A stretch of DNA of 64,000 nucleotides from a virus (Duplodnaviria > Caudoviricetes): IMG/VR virus record IMGVR_UViG_3300047160_005790, positions 24,285-88,284 of that record, one strand, 5' to 3'. Position 1 is the first letter of the stretch; each line of letters begins with the position of its first letter. The notes beneath the pieces are model-generated. The model was not told the DNA's origin. It made no database searches and worked only from the letters and a program-made list of their open reading frames with translations. Positions 19,428 through 28,160 of the stretch are shown here, one piece after another. A program made the translations under genes and the position numbers.

Positions 19428-19825
19428 TTCGACTTGCGGCTGATGACCGCCTTCCCTGTCTTAGACTTGAGGAACGCGGCCTGTGCCTCGGGCTTCGTGC
19501 CGGGGCGCAACTTGTACACCGCGCCGGTCGGCGCTGCCTTGAGGCGGATGCTCGCCTTCACGGGCGGGCTGTCGCTTTCGGCGATTTCTGTCTCGCCGCC
19601 GAACTTGGTACGCTCTTGGCCCTTGCGCCAGCGCTCGCCCTTCTTCTGCGGGGGCTTGTAGGCGTACTTGATCGAGACGATGCCGGGAACGGTGAAGTCC
19701 TCGCCCGCTTCGATCTCTTCTGCCGCGATCTCGGCGAGCGCCCGCAAGACATGCTTGGTGAGGTTCTGGCCGACGCCAGTCATGTCCTCGATGTCGGCAG
19801 CGATCTCACTCATGTTGAGTGCCAT
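19424..19825 (-). CDS. HU/IHF-like histone-like DNA-binding protein
   Basis: Helix-helix then GEDFTVPGIVSI, extended arm, K-rich tail. Confidence 0.75.
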   Translation of the reverse strand: MALNMSEIAADIEDMTGVGQNLTKHVLRALAEIAAEEIEAGEDFTVPGIVSIKYAYKPPQKKGERWRKGQERTKFGGETEIAESDSPPVKASIRLKAAPTGAVYKLRPGTKPEAQAAFLKSKTGKAVISRKSK

Positions 19826-19838
19826 AGTACTCCTTCTG

Positions 19839-20081
19839 TTACTCGATTGCGAGCGAGGCCGTGTCCTCGCCCGAGTGTGACCCTCGCACGGTTACGTTGA
19901 TCGAACCGGCGAAGTTGTTGGGGAAGAACAGGTCGCCTTCGCCGTTGTTCTTGATGGTGCGCTTTTCCTCGCCGTCCACTTCCAGCGTCGCCTCGGAACC
20001 CTTGATGACTTCGTCGCCGTCGCCTTCGGTGGTCCAGCCGACTACGACGACCTTGCGAGTGTTCAAGATGCTTAGCGTCAC
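19839..20081 (-). CDS. Hypothetical protein (Ig-like?)
   Basis: GAGGAGG SD; beta-rich. Confidence 0.55.
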   Translation of the reverse strand: MTLSILNTRKVVVVGWTTEGDGDEVIKGSEATLEVDGEEKRTIKNNGEGDLFFPNNFAGSINVTVRGSHSGEDTASLAIE

Positions 20082-20091
20082 GCGATCCTCC

Positions 20092-20625
20092 TCAGATCAG
20101 GCCGCAGTAGCGAGCCGTATTCGGCCAGGGTCCGAACCCGAGGCCGCTGTCGTAGGCGGCTTCTGCCACCCAGATCTGTTCGAGCGGCGTCCAGTGATCG
20201 GCAGTGCCCTTCGTTGCGAGTAGGCGAGAGCCGTGTGCCTGCTGGAACGCGATGTCCATCTGAAGGCCGCCGTAGTACGGGCCGTTGGGATCGTTCCAGG
20301 CCCCTTCGTAGTGATGAATGCACATCCACGCTGCGTAGTGCGGCGGGTGCGTGAACGCTCGCCGTACTTTCGCAGCCCTGCCCTTCCACAGCCGGTAGAT
20401 CCAGCGATCGAAACCGCAGGCATGCGGTCGCTCGGCGCGAGCGCTGTACGTGAGTCGGGCACCCATGACCCGCTGCATGTACCAGACGTGCTGCCTGTAG
20501 GTTTGAATTGCTGTGATCGTTCCTGTACACGCTTCCCTCTTCTTCTCAGCTTGGGCTGTTTGTCCCGTCGCGCCCCCTAGCGCGACCAAGAGGACGACAA
20601 CGGTTAGTGACAGCTTGCGCTTCAA
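20092..20625 (-). CDS. rpf: Secreted resuscitation-promoting-factor (Rpf)-like transglycosylase
   Basis: Signal peptide MKRKLSLTVVVLLVALG..AQA; W.CI..YEG.W....PYYGGLQM...EQI.VAE...G.GPWP. Confidence 0.85.
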   Translation of the reverse strand: MKRKLSLTVVVLLVALGGATGQTAQAEKKREACTGTITAIQTYRQHVWYMQRVMGARLTYSARAERPHACGFDRWIYRLWKGRAAKVRRAFTHPPHYAAWMCIHHYEGAWNDPNGPYYGGLQMDIAFQQAHGSRLLATKGTADHWTPLEQIWVAEAAYDSGLGFGPWPNTARYCGLI

Positions 20626-20740
20626 TGGTATCCCCTCTTCTGTCGCTTACGAGTCCTCCGCTCATATTGAGAGCGGGCACGCTCGTGTGTCTTCAGCTAT
20701 CACCCTCTTTCCTGAATCGTTTTGTGATCTGTCCAAAGCA

Positions 20741-20986
20741 TTACATGTTTGTCGCCTCGTTGACGGCCCGCTCAAGCTCCGCGAGCGCAAAGTGCATTTT
20801 CTCGGCCGTTCCGAAAGCGGCAGATAGGCCAGCCTCGTGCTCGTCATCGACAAGACGGGCCGCTTCCGCGACGGCGACGAGCGGCTCCCACAGCTGATCC
20901 CGAACACGTGGGTCGAGCGAAGAATCGATGAGACGTTCCATGCGCGGAGTGAGTTCGCGGAGCCGGTCGAACACAGACTCGGTCAC
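20741..20986 (-). CDS. Hypothetical protein
   Basis: GTG start inside the junction repeat. Confidence 0.5.
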   Translation of the reverse strand: MTESVFDRLRELTPRMERLIDSSLDPRVRDQLWEPLVAVAEAARLVDDEHEAGLSAAFGTAEKMHFALAELERAVNEATNM

Positions 20987-21165
20987 GCTTCCGCCTCCGC
21001 GACGGGCGGCCCCTTCCGCCAGACGGTGAACTTGTCGCAGCCGGGGCAGCGCTCCAGATGGTGCGTCCGGATCATCTTCTCGGCCCACTCTTGCCAGGCA
21101 ACATAGCCGGACGGCTCGCGGCGGTAGAAGCGGCCCTTGCGGCCACAGTGAGGACAGGCGTTCAC
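20983..21165 (-). CDS. Small Cys-containing hypothetical protein
   Basis: CPHC...CPGC; GTGA overlaps. Confidence 0.55.
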   Translation of the reverse strand: MNACPHCGRKGRFYRREPSGYVAWQEWAEKMIRTHHLERCPGCDKFTVWRKGPPVAEAEA

Positions 21166-21193
21166 GCTTCCGCCTCCGCGAGAGCAGCAGGGG

Positions 21194-21436
21194 TCACGAG
21201 ACGGCCTCGATCAGTGCTTCGATGTCGAACCCGAACGTGTGCCACTCGACCTGTACACCACCATCCCCACAAGGGACGAGCGCAGGCACCGGCCAGCCAG
21301 CGGCGACGAGGATCGACGCAAGCTCCTCAGCCTTGGCGAGCGCGACGGGATTCGGCGGAACGCCGCCGTAGCTGTCCCAGCCGTCTTCAAGGTTTCGCAG
21401 GTGCTCGACCTGAACGGCGATGGTGCTCCTGTCCAT
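21194..21436 (-). CDS. Conserved hypothetical protein
   Basis: LRNLEDGWDSYGG.PP...P...PCGDGGVQVEWH motif. Confidence 0.65.
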   Translation of the reverse strand: MDRSTIAVQVEHLRNLEDGWDSYGGVPPNPVALAKAEELASILVAAGWPVPALVPCGDGGVQVEWHTFGFDIEALIEAVS

Positions 21437-21580
21437 CACGCCGCCCACCGCCCTTCCATCCATCCGTATTGAAGTAGCTGCTGATAGGCGGGGGTCACGC
21501 TTCCTCCCCCGCGAGAGCAGCGCGAGCCTTCATACGGGCCTCAGCGCCCTCGATGGGCATGATCCTCACGTACTCGCCAT

Positions 21581-21781
21581 TCACATCGTCCTCGCACCGA
21601 TTGTGAAAGCGATTCTGTGAACTACAAAGCATCCTTGCCCTGACACCTTTATCCAGCCGTACCCGGCATCAAATGTTTTGCCAGGCCAGAGAAGGCAACG
21701 ATCGGTGCGCTCGATCTTCCCGCCGATAGCGAGCAAGAAAGTGGCGCGAGCTTCTCTAGTAATCGGCTTGAAGTTTGGCAT
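21581..21781 (-). pseudogene. Truncated HNH homing endonuclease (N-terminal part only)
   Basis: CLLWPG...GYGWI...VHRIAF, then stop before the HNH motif; A/T-richer. Confidence 0.65.
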
Positions 21782-24700
21782 TAATCTGCAAATGGGTCAA
21801 TTATCCAAAGATCAGACACATCTATTTGTCGCGTCGCTGTGTAGCCTTTTTTAACTCCTCGACAAAGCATGAGATCGTGACCGAGTCGCATGCTCCAAAG
21901 TGCTTCTCGGAACTTGGGATAGCGATACCTGTCGATCCTGAGGCTTAGCTGGTCAGTTTCGTCATCGCCGATACAAACGAGCCATTTGCTGAGGTGCGGG
22001 TCTTTCACTTCCTCCGGCTTCAGCTCGATGCCGGTCTTCGCGCGGTTGAACTCGAACAGGTCGCGTTCGTTCCGCATCTGAATAGCGCCGAGCCAGATAA
22101 CCGGGATGTCTTTGCTGCGGTGATACGGCAGGTCGATTGAAACGGTGACGGGCCGCGGCACATCCTTACCGAGCTTCTTCTCTCTGATCTCCTGCTTGAC
22201 GTGAGCGATAGCCTTGTCGAGCCACAGCGCGTGAAACGGATCGTCGCTTTCGCCGAAGGCTACGATGTTTTTGATCGTCTTGTGGCCGATACCCTTCACT
22301 TCGATCAGGCGGTTCCAGTCCACGTGATGTAGCTTCGGGTTGTGCTCGCCCTCGGCCTTGCGCCATTCGATGATCGAGGTGGCCGTCACTTCGCCTATGC
22401 CCGGTACCTGCGTGAACCCGGCGTACACCTTGCCGACGCCCCGGCGCCAGGTTCGTCCGCTACGGCGGACGTTCGGCGGCACGACATCGACGGACGGCCG
22501 GTCGCAAAGCGGGTTGCCGCGAACGGCGTCGCGGATCAGCATCGCGAGCTTGTCGCCCTTGCCCTGCTCGGCGGCGCGCGTACGGTGAGCGACTGAGGCG
22601 CGACCGCCGCGGATCTTGAACATCTCGGTGTAGAAAAGCTCCGGGTGATGCTGCTTGAACCACATTGTGTGAAAGCCGATCATCGTGTAGGAGTAGGCGT
22701 GAGCAGCGTTGTTGTGATGAACGACGCCGTTCGCGACGAAGTTGTGTTCGTGATCGAGCATCTCTAGCTCGTACACCCATTCAGTTTCGAGCCGCGCCGA
22801 AACGTTGACGACGGAGCTGATCGTTGTCGGCCTGCCCTTCGAGTCGCGCCTACGGCGTATCCCCATACCGTAGTCGAACTTCTTGTGATGGTGATTACAC
22901 AGGTACATCATGTTACTCGGCTTGTGGTAACGGGCGTAATCGCCATTGAAGTCGTCAAGCGTCAGGATATGAGCGTATTCCTCGCGACCGTGACAGGCGC
23001 CGTTCGTACCGGCATGTTCACAAACGCCCTTCGCTCGTTCGAGCACGGCAGCCTTCGCGACGCTCGCCAACTCAGTTCGTCCGTCGATCCAGCTGATATT
23101 GCCTTCGCCCGACTGAAAGCCCTGACCTTCGTACGTCGTGCGCATCGGCTGTTCGCGCTTCGCCGATGGCTGCGAATAACGATACGTCGGGTCTTGACAG
23201 ATGACTTCGTCGCCCGGCTGAAGTTCGCCGAGTTCTTTGTAGCCTCGATCCGTCAAGACGCGGTGTGGCAGCGTACCGGCGAACGTCATGCCGTTTTCAA
23301 GCGTCACGTCGTACACGATTTGCGGAACGTCGGAGCGCTTGATCGAAAGGAACTCGGCGGGCCGTATCCGGCAGTCTTCTGCCGACAACGACTGAATTTT
23401 GATGCGCTTACCGTTCTGGCCGTAGCGGAGCTTCGCGCCGAGCGATGTGTCGCTGTTGTATGCCTCCCAAAGCTCTTTGAGTGTGTAGCGTCCGTCGTGG
23501 TGTCGATTTGCCCCGCCGGTTTGTATAACGGCGTCGCCGGTTAGGCAGAATGCGTAAGAGCCCGCTGTGATGCACATGCCCCAGATTTTCGCGGCTAGCT
23601 CGTCGCCCATGTCGGGGTGTAGCTCGCGGGCGCCTTCGAGCGCGAGTTCCCACTTGCGGTTGAACGCCTGCTCACCGATCTTACGGCTGATGATGCGTCG
23701 GACTTCGGCGCGGTGCGTCCAGTCGAAGTTGAAGATCTCGCCGAGAATGCGAAGGATCTGCTCCTGGTACACGATCTGGTACTGTGTGTTCGCCGTGATC
23801 TTTTCGAGCGACGGGTGAATCAAGTCGGGCTTCTTGTTGCCGGCTTTGATGTCGATGTACTCGTTCGCGGCGCCGTTGTGAAGCGGGCCGGGGCGCGCGA
23901 GTGCGTTTACGTCGGCGCACTCTTTGAAGCTCGTCGGCACGAGTGCGCCGCAGATATATCGCATCGCGCGGCCTTCGAACTGGAAGACGCCGAGGCAGTC
24001 GTTGACTCGGAACCCGGCGAGCGTGCGCTCGTCGTCGAGCGGGATGTTGTACAAATCGTCGAGCTTCCAGCCCATCTCTAGGCGGCAGTTGTTCAGCATC
24101 GTCATGTTCGACAGGGCGAGAAAGTCGAGCTTCAAAAGACCCTGCTTCTCGGCGTCGTACTTGTCCATCGACACGACTTGCTGTACGCCTTCGTCAGTCT
24201 TGCGCTCGTAGACGGCGCACACGTCGGTGATCGGGCCGGTCGAGACGACGATGCCCGCGGCGTGTACGCCGAAGCCGCGATAGTTGCCTTCTAGCTCCAT
24301 GGCGATGCCGAGGTTCGGATGTCGCTCGAATACGCCGCGCGCCGTATCGAACGTCAGCACAGTGTCCTCGATCGTCGCCGAAGCGCGCAGGTCGCCGCTC
24401 GACCGCTCGATCAGCACATTCTTGACCTGGTCTACCTCGAACTTCGGGATCTTGTACACGCGAGCCACGTCGTCCAGCGAGTTCTTGGCCTTGTAGCCGG
24501 TGAACGTTCCGATGTTCGATACGCACTCGTCGCCGTAGATACCGGCGAGGTACTCGCGCACCTGGTAACGAGTTTCGCTGTCGAAGTCGATGTCGATGTC
24601 GGGCAAGTCCTGTCGGCTCGGGTCGATAAACCGCTCGAACACCAAGTCCTCGTACAGCATCGGGTTGACCTCGGTAATGCGAAGTAGCCAGCAGGCGAGT

Positions 24701-26022
24701 GAACCGGCGCTACTGCCGCGCGCGGGGCCGACGGCGATACCGCGACCTTTGTCGCCGTGGTCCTTCGCCCAGCGTATCGCGTCGCCGACCACCAGAAAAT
24801 AGTCCACGAAGTCTTTGTCCTCGATGACCTCGCACTCGCGTTCAAGTCGCTCGCGGTACCGGCGCTGCTCACCCCGAGGTAGGCGGTCGCAACGCCGGTA
24901 TCGCCAGCCCTCTTCGAGCAAGTGTCGCCAGTATTCGACCGGCGTGGAGAACTTATCCGGCAACGGGAAGCGAACCATAGGCAGGATCGGCAGTTCGACG
25001 TTGCAGCGGTCGTAGATTTCTTCGGTCGAGAGTACGGCCTGTACGGCTTGCTTCTTCGTGAGGCCGGTCGCTTGTAGCTTGCGCACCACCGAGGCGTCGT
25101 TCATCGGCGGGCAGAGGTTCGCCGCGTAGCCCCAGTCTCGCGCTTGCTCTTCTACGGTGTGCTTTCCGGATCGGACTGCGTGAAGTACCTGCTGTAGCTC
25201 TTTCTCGGTAGGCATTGTGTAGTGGCAGTCGAATGTTGCGACAAGAGGAATGTGTAGTTCCTCGCTAAGGTCCGCAATAAGCGCATTTGCTCGACGGGTC
25301 TCAGCAAGCTCCGGAAATGCCTGTACTTCCAAGTAGTAGTTACCGTTGAAATTTGCCTTAAAGCGACGAGCAAGAGCCTTCCCTCGTTCGTAGCTCGCAT
25401 CCTTGGGGGCCACAAGCTTGCCTCCCACCAAGGATGTGAAGAGCGCTGAACCTTGACAACCGGATAGCACCACCAGGCCGTCGCGGTGATCGCGCAGCAT
25501 GCTCCAATCCGCCGTAGGTTCATAGTAGTAGCCCTCCGCGTAGGTTCGGGACACGAGGCGTAACAGGTTGTTGTAGCCGCGAGGCGTCGAAGCGAGCACC
25601 GTGAGGTGGTTCTTACGTTGCGTAGCTTCCTCGCCGATTTTGCCTGTGTACAGCTCGACGCCGAAGATCGGCTTGACCCCCGCCTTCTGAGCAGCCTTCT
25701 CTAGACGTACGTGCGACGAGACGTTGCCATGTTCGGTCATTGCGAGCCCGCGCATGCCTAGCTCAGTCGCTCGGCGAACGTGAGCTTCCGGCAGCTGGTA
25801 GCCGTCGAGGTACGAGAAGGTACTGTGATGGTGAAGCGACACGAAGGTCATCTCACGTGAGCGGTTCGGCAGGCGCCGCGTCGCACGGTCTTTGCGAATC
25901 CACGGATACTGTTCGTGCTCGCACTCGCCGTCGCGATGAACTTCGATACGAGTCTTGAGGCTGTCGAGGCTGTCATCGTGCGTAAGCGTGCGTGTGCGAC
26001 GCGGTGACGTATCAGTCGCCAA
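21781..26022 (-). CDS. dnaE: DNA polymerase III alpha subunit (C family) with intein
   Basis: PHP SLHHHS, GPARGSSAGSL, PDIDIDF, GVHAAG, KLDFL, GVFQFEG, IVYQEQI, HhH and OB domains. Confidence 0.96.
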   Translation of the reverse strand: MATDTSPRRTRTLTHDDSLDSLKTRIEVHRDGECEHEQYPWIRKDRATRRLPNRSREMTFVSLHHHSTFSYLDGYQLPEAHVRRATELGMRGLAMTEHGNVSSHVRLEKAAQKAGVKPIFGVELYTGKIGEEATQRKNHLTVLASTPRGYNNLLRLVSRTYAEGYYYEPTADWSMLRDHRDGLVVLSGCQGSALFTSLVGGKLVAPKDASYERGKALARRFKANFNGNYYLEVQAFPELAETRRANALIADLSEELHIPLVATFDCHYTMPTEKELQQVLHAVRSGKHTVEEQARDWGYAANLCPPMNDASVVRKLQATGLTKKQAVQAVLSTEEIYDRCNVELPILPMVRFPLPDKFSTPVEYWRHLLEEGWRYRRCDRLPRGEQRRYRERLERECEVIEDKDFVDYFLVVGDAIRWAKDHGDKGRGIAVGPARGSSAGSLACWLLRITEVNPMLYEDLVFERFIDPSRQDLPDIDIDFDSETRYQVREYLAGIYGDECVSNIGTFTGYKAKNSLDDVARVYKIPKFEVDQVKNVLIERSSGDLRASATIEDTVLTFDTARGVFERHPNLGIAMELEGNYRGFGVHAAGIVVSTGPITDVCAVYERKTDEGVQQVVSMDKYDAEKQGLLKLDFLALSNMTMLNNCRLEMGWKLDDLYNIPLDDERTLAGFRVNDCLGVFQFEGRAMRYICGALVPTSFKECADVNALARPGPLHNGAANEYIDIKAGNKKPDLIHPSLEKITANTQYQIVYQEQILRILGEIFNFDWTHRAEVRRIISRKIGEQAFNRKWELALEGARELHPDMGDELAAKIWGMCITAGSYAFCLTGDAVIQTGGANRHHDGRYTLKELWEAYNSDTSLGAKLRYGQNGKRIKIQSLSAEDCRIRPAEFLSIKRSDVPQIVYDVTLENGMTFAGTLPHRVLTDRGYKELGELQPGDEVICQDPTYRYSQPSAKREQPMRTTYEGQGFQSGEGNISWIDGRTELASVAKAAVLERAKGVCEHAGTNGACHGREEYAHILTLDDFNGDYARYHKPSNMMYLCNHHHKKFDYGMGIRRRRDSKGRPTTISSVVNVSARLETEWVYELEMLDHEHNFVANGVVHHNNAAHAYSYTMIGFHTMWFKQHHPELFYTEMFKIRGGRASVAHRTRAAEQGKGDKLAMLIRDAVRGNPLCDRPSVDVVPPNVRRSGRTWRRGVGKVYAGFTQVPGIGEVTATSIIEWRKAEGEHNPKLHHVDWNRLIEVKGIGHKTIKNIVAFGESDDPFHALWLDKAIAHVKQEIREKKLGKDVPRPVTVSIDLPYHRSKDIPVIWLGAIQMRNERDLFEFNRAKTGIELKPEEVKDPHLSKWLVCIGDDETDQLSLRIDRYRYPKFREALWSMRLGHDLMLCRGVKKGYTATRQIDVSDLWIIDPFAD
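22711..23547 (-). mobile_element. Intein (279 aa) with HNH endonuclease, inserted at GSYAF/NAAH
   Basis: Starts CLTGD; T..H block B (GTLPHRVLT); ends VYEL...HNFVANGVVHHN; internal C..HI...N..LC.HH. Confidence 0.9.
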
Positions 26023-26030
26023 ATGTCCCC

Positions 26031-26207
26031 CTAGAACCAGCTGATGATTTCGTCGTTTTCGTCAACACCTTCATGTAGCCCTTCGTGGAACAACCCCTTC
26101 GCACATTCGACAATTTCTCCGTCCCGGTCGAGCGCTATATCGCACGGCCCGTACCCTAACGGGTCTTCCCGGTTGTCGCCGAAGCGGCCGTAGGTCACAT
26201 TACTCAC
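26031..26207 (-). CDS. Small acidic hypothetical protein (58 aa)
   Basis: GTGA overlap with thyX stop; not in the ORF track. Confidence 0.5.
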   Translation of the reverse strand: MSNVTYGRFGDNREDPLGYGPCDIALDRDGEIVECAKGLFHEGLHEGVDENDEIISWF

Positions 26208-26824
26208 AGTTCGAGTGCCTCTGCAATAACTGGTAAGTTGTCTTGAAAGATGGTTCTAACCATAACTGCGAGCGAGCGATGCTCTGTTTGTGTGTCTTCC
26301 GTCGTTCGCAAGGCGAGGTAGTGAATCCACGATCGGATCGTTCCGTTCATGTACAGCTTCGTTTGCGTCGATAACGGCAGCAAAAAACGAGCGCTCTCGC
26401 GAGCTATGCCGCGCTTTAGGGCTTCCCGGTATATCAAGAAGCTGCGCTGTATCACGACTTCCTGTGCGTCAATGAACCACTGTTGTTCATTGTCGGCTAA
26501 GTTGTCGATCGAGCTTTGTCGGTTGGAATCTGCCTGCCGGCGACCGAGGTAGCGAATGGCATCTTTCGGCGAGGCGTAACGCTGACTGAATTCCTGAAAT
26601 TTGAAACTGCCGTGCCGCAGAAACTGTGTGGCAATTGCTCGCGACGTTTCGATCTCTACGCACATATTCGCCATGTCGAACGGCGACCAGTGTTTCTGCC
26701 GAACGAGGAACTTGATGAGGTTTGTGTCTGTGTTTTCTTGATCACTCGATACGCGGGCGATGTACAGGATAACGGCTTCGGCGTCTGGCGTGATCCAGAC
26801 GAGGCGTGCGTTGCTTTGCTTCAC
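26204..26824 (-). CDS. thyX: Flavin-dependent thymidylate synthase (canonical type)
   Basis: IARVS, HWSPF, RHGSFKFQEFSQRY, E.ARFLLP, RSWIHY, TQ.EHR; GTG 26824. Confidence 0.92.
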   Translation of the reverse strand: MKQSNARLVWITPDAEAVILYIARVSSDQENTDTNLIKFLVRQKHWSPFDMANMCVEIETSRAIATQFLRHGSFKFQEFSQRYASPKDAIRYLGRRQADSNRQSSIDNLADNEQQWFIDAQEVVIQRSFLIYREALKRGIARESARFLLPLSTQTKLYMNGTIRSWIHYLALRTTEDTQTEHRSLAVMVRTIFQDNLPVIAEALEL

Positions 26825-27837
26825 TGCGGCCTCGGCTGTTCCTTGGTCGTTACGCCCGCCGTCGGGCTCGCCAACCATTCGGCCGGATCGATACCGCGGT
26901 ACGTCGGACCCTTCACACCTAGATGTGCCGGCCCGACAGTCGCCTCCCGGTCTAGGTGCCACTCGTCCGACGAGATGCCCAGGCGCGCGAATTCTTGAAC
27001 ACGGTCACGAATCGAGCAGCCGCGGTCGAGTTCCGACATGAAGGCGCAGCGCCCGAGCCGGTAGCAGATCGGCGTAAAGCTACGGACGCCCGGCGACGCA
27101 ATCAATTCCCACTGCCAGAAATCGACGAGGCTGTCCGGTGCAGGGTGGCCGATCGTTCGATACTTCTGTATTGCCTTCATCATGCCGAGGAAGACGGCTC
27201 GCCACTCGAACTGCGCCTGCGTACAGAGTCGGTTGCCCGCGGCCTCGAACAGCGCTCGCAGGTTCGTCGTGTAGATAATGCGAGTCGTCGTCGCGTGCGG
27301 CAGTAGGTAGCGCGCGTCCTCGGCCGGGATGCCCGCGTCGATCAGGGCGTTGTACGCCTTCTCGGCGGCTCGGATCGCGTCGGTGTAGATGACGAAGGCC
27401 GGTTCGTCGGCAGCGGGGCCGGGGATAATGCTCGGCGGTAGCGCCGCTTCCTTCGCCAAACCACGCTTAACGGCGAAGCGCAGTGACTCCTGAACGTAAT
27501 ATGCGCCCAAACGTTGTCTGACCATCTGATGGGTGAAGGAGCGCGTAACGCACTCGATCATGAACTTGACTTGTACGCCTTCGAGCGGCGTGTTGAGATG
27601 CGTCTTCATCAGCTCTTCCCACGCCCAGCGCCGCTCGTCGTTCGTGATCTCGGTAAGGCTATAGACAGGATCTCCGCGATACATCCTCATATCTGCGGCG
27701 AGGTTGCCGAGCGGGTCGGGCGTACCGCTCAACATGAAGACCTGCGGCACAATCTGCCGTGAGCCTTCCGCGCGTCGCATCGCTTGTGCTTCGTACATTG
27801 CATCGTCAGACCAACGAAGGATGTCCTTGCCGGTCAC
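26821..27837 (-). CDS. Divergent ThyX-like flavoenzyme
   Basis: TPLE, VTRSFTHQMVRQRLGAYYVQESLRF, EDARYLLP, NLRAL, RLC.QAQ.EWR. Confidence 0.8.
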   Translation of the reverse strand: MTGKDILRWSDDAMYEAQAMRRAEGSRQIVPQVFMLSGTPDPLGNLAADMRMYRGDPVYSLTEITNDERRWAWEELMKTHLNTPLEGVQVKFMIECVTRSFTHQMVRQRLGAYYVQESLRFAVKRGLAKEAALPPSIIPGPAADEPAFVIYTDAIRAAEKAYNALIDAGIPAEDARYLLPHATTTRIIYTTNLRALFEAAGNRLCTQAQFEWRAVFLGMMKAIQKYRTIGHPAPDSLVDFWQWELIASPGVRSFTPICYRLGRCAFMSELDRGCSIRDRVQEFARLGISSDEWHLDREATVGPAHLGVKGPTYRGIDPAEWLASPTAGVTTKEQPRPQ

Positions 27838-28160
27838 GTGACGTTTCCTCGCACGAGCCGCTTGCCGAACACGGAATAGTTGATGATGTCGTCGAACTCA
27901 CTGTTGATCTCGGCGACCATCGGTGGCTCCGGCTCGCCGCGTTCGAGCGCACTGATGACGCGGTCGATTTTGAATCGGATTGTGCGCGCTTGGTCGAGCG
28001 TCGAGTATTGCTTCCACAGGCCGCGTCGTATTCGCTCGCGTTCGACGTAGACCTTGAATGCGTCTTCGAGCGCTGCCGCATACTCGCCCAGGTCTTCGTC
28101 CGATATGTGAGCAGTATCTGGGTACTGAATGTCACCCTCGTTGTTGAACACGATGCTCAA
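27834..28160 (-). CDS. Nucleotide-modification-associated domain 1 (Nmad1/DUF1599-like)
   Basis: R...W......I..KIDR.......D.INYS helical pattern. Confidence 0.65.
   Translation of the reverse strand: MSIVFNNEGDIQYPDTAHISDEDLGEYAAALEDAFKVYVERERIRRGLWKQYSTLDQARTIRFKIDRVISALERGEPEPPMVAEINSEFDDIINYSVFGKRLVRGNVT

Larger units (their letters stand above)
20983..21514 (-). repeat. Three copies of the 20-bp gene junction TCGCGGAGGCGGAAGCGTGA
   Basis: 20983-21002 and 21162-21181 identical; 21495-21514 matches 18/20. Confidence 0.85.

Noticed and set aside
22708-22713. Intein ending at the second Asn (+1 = Ala)
   Set aside because: This would delete the conserved Asn of the DnaE FNxxH motif, and Ala is not a nucleophile either
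22711-23547. Group I intron explaining the DnaE insert
   Set aside because: The insert is fully in frame with clear intein blocks A, B, F and G; no intron-like non-coding flanks
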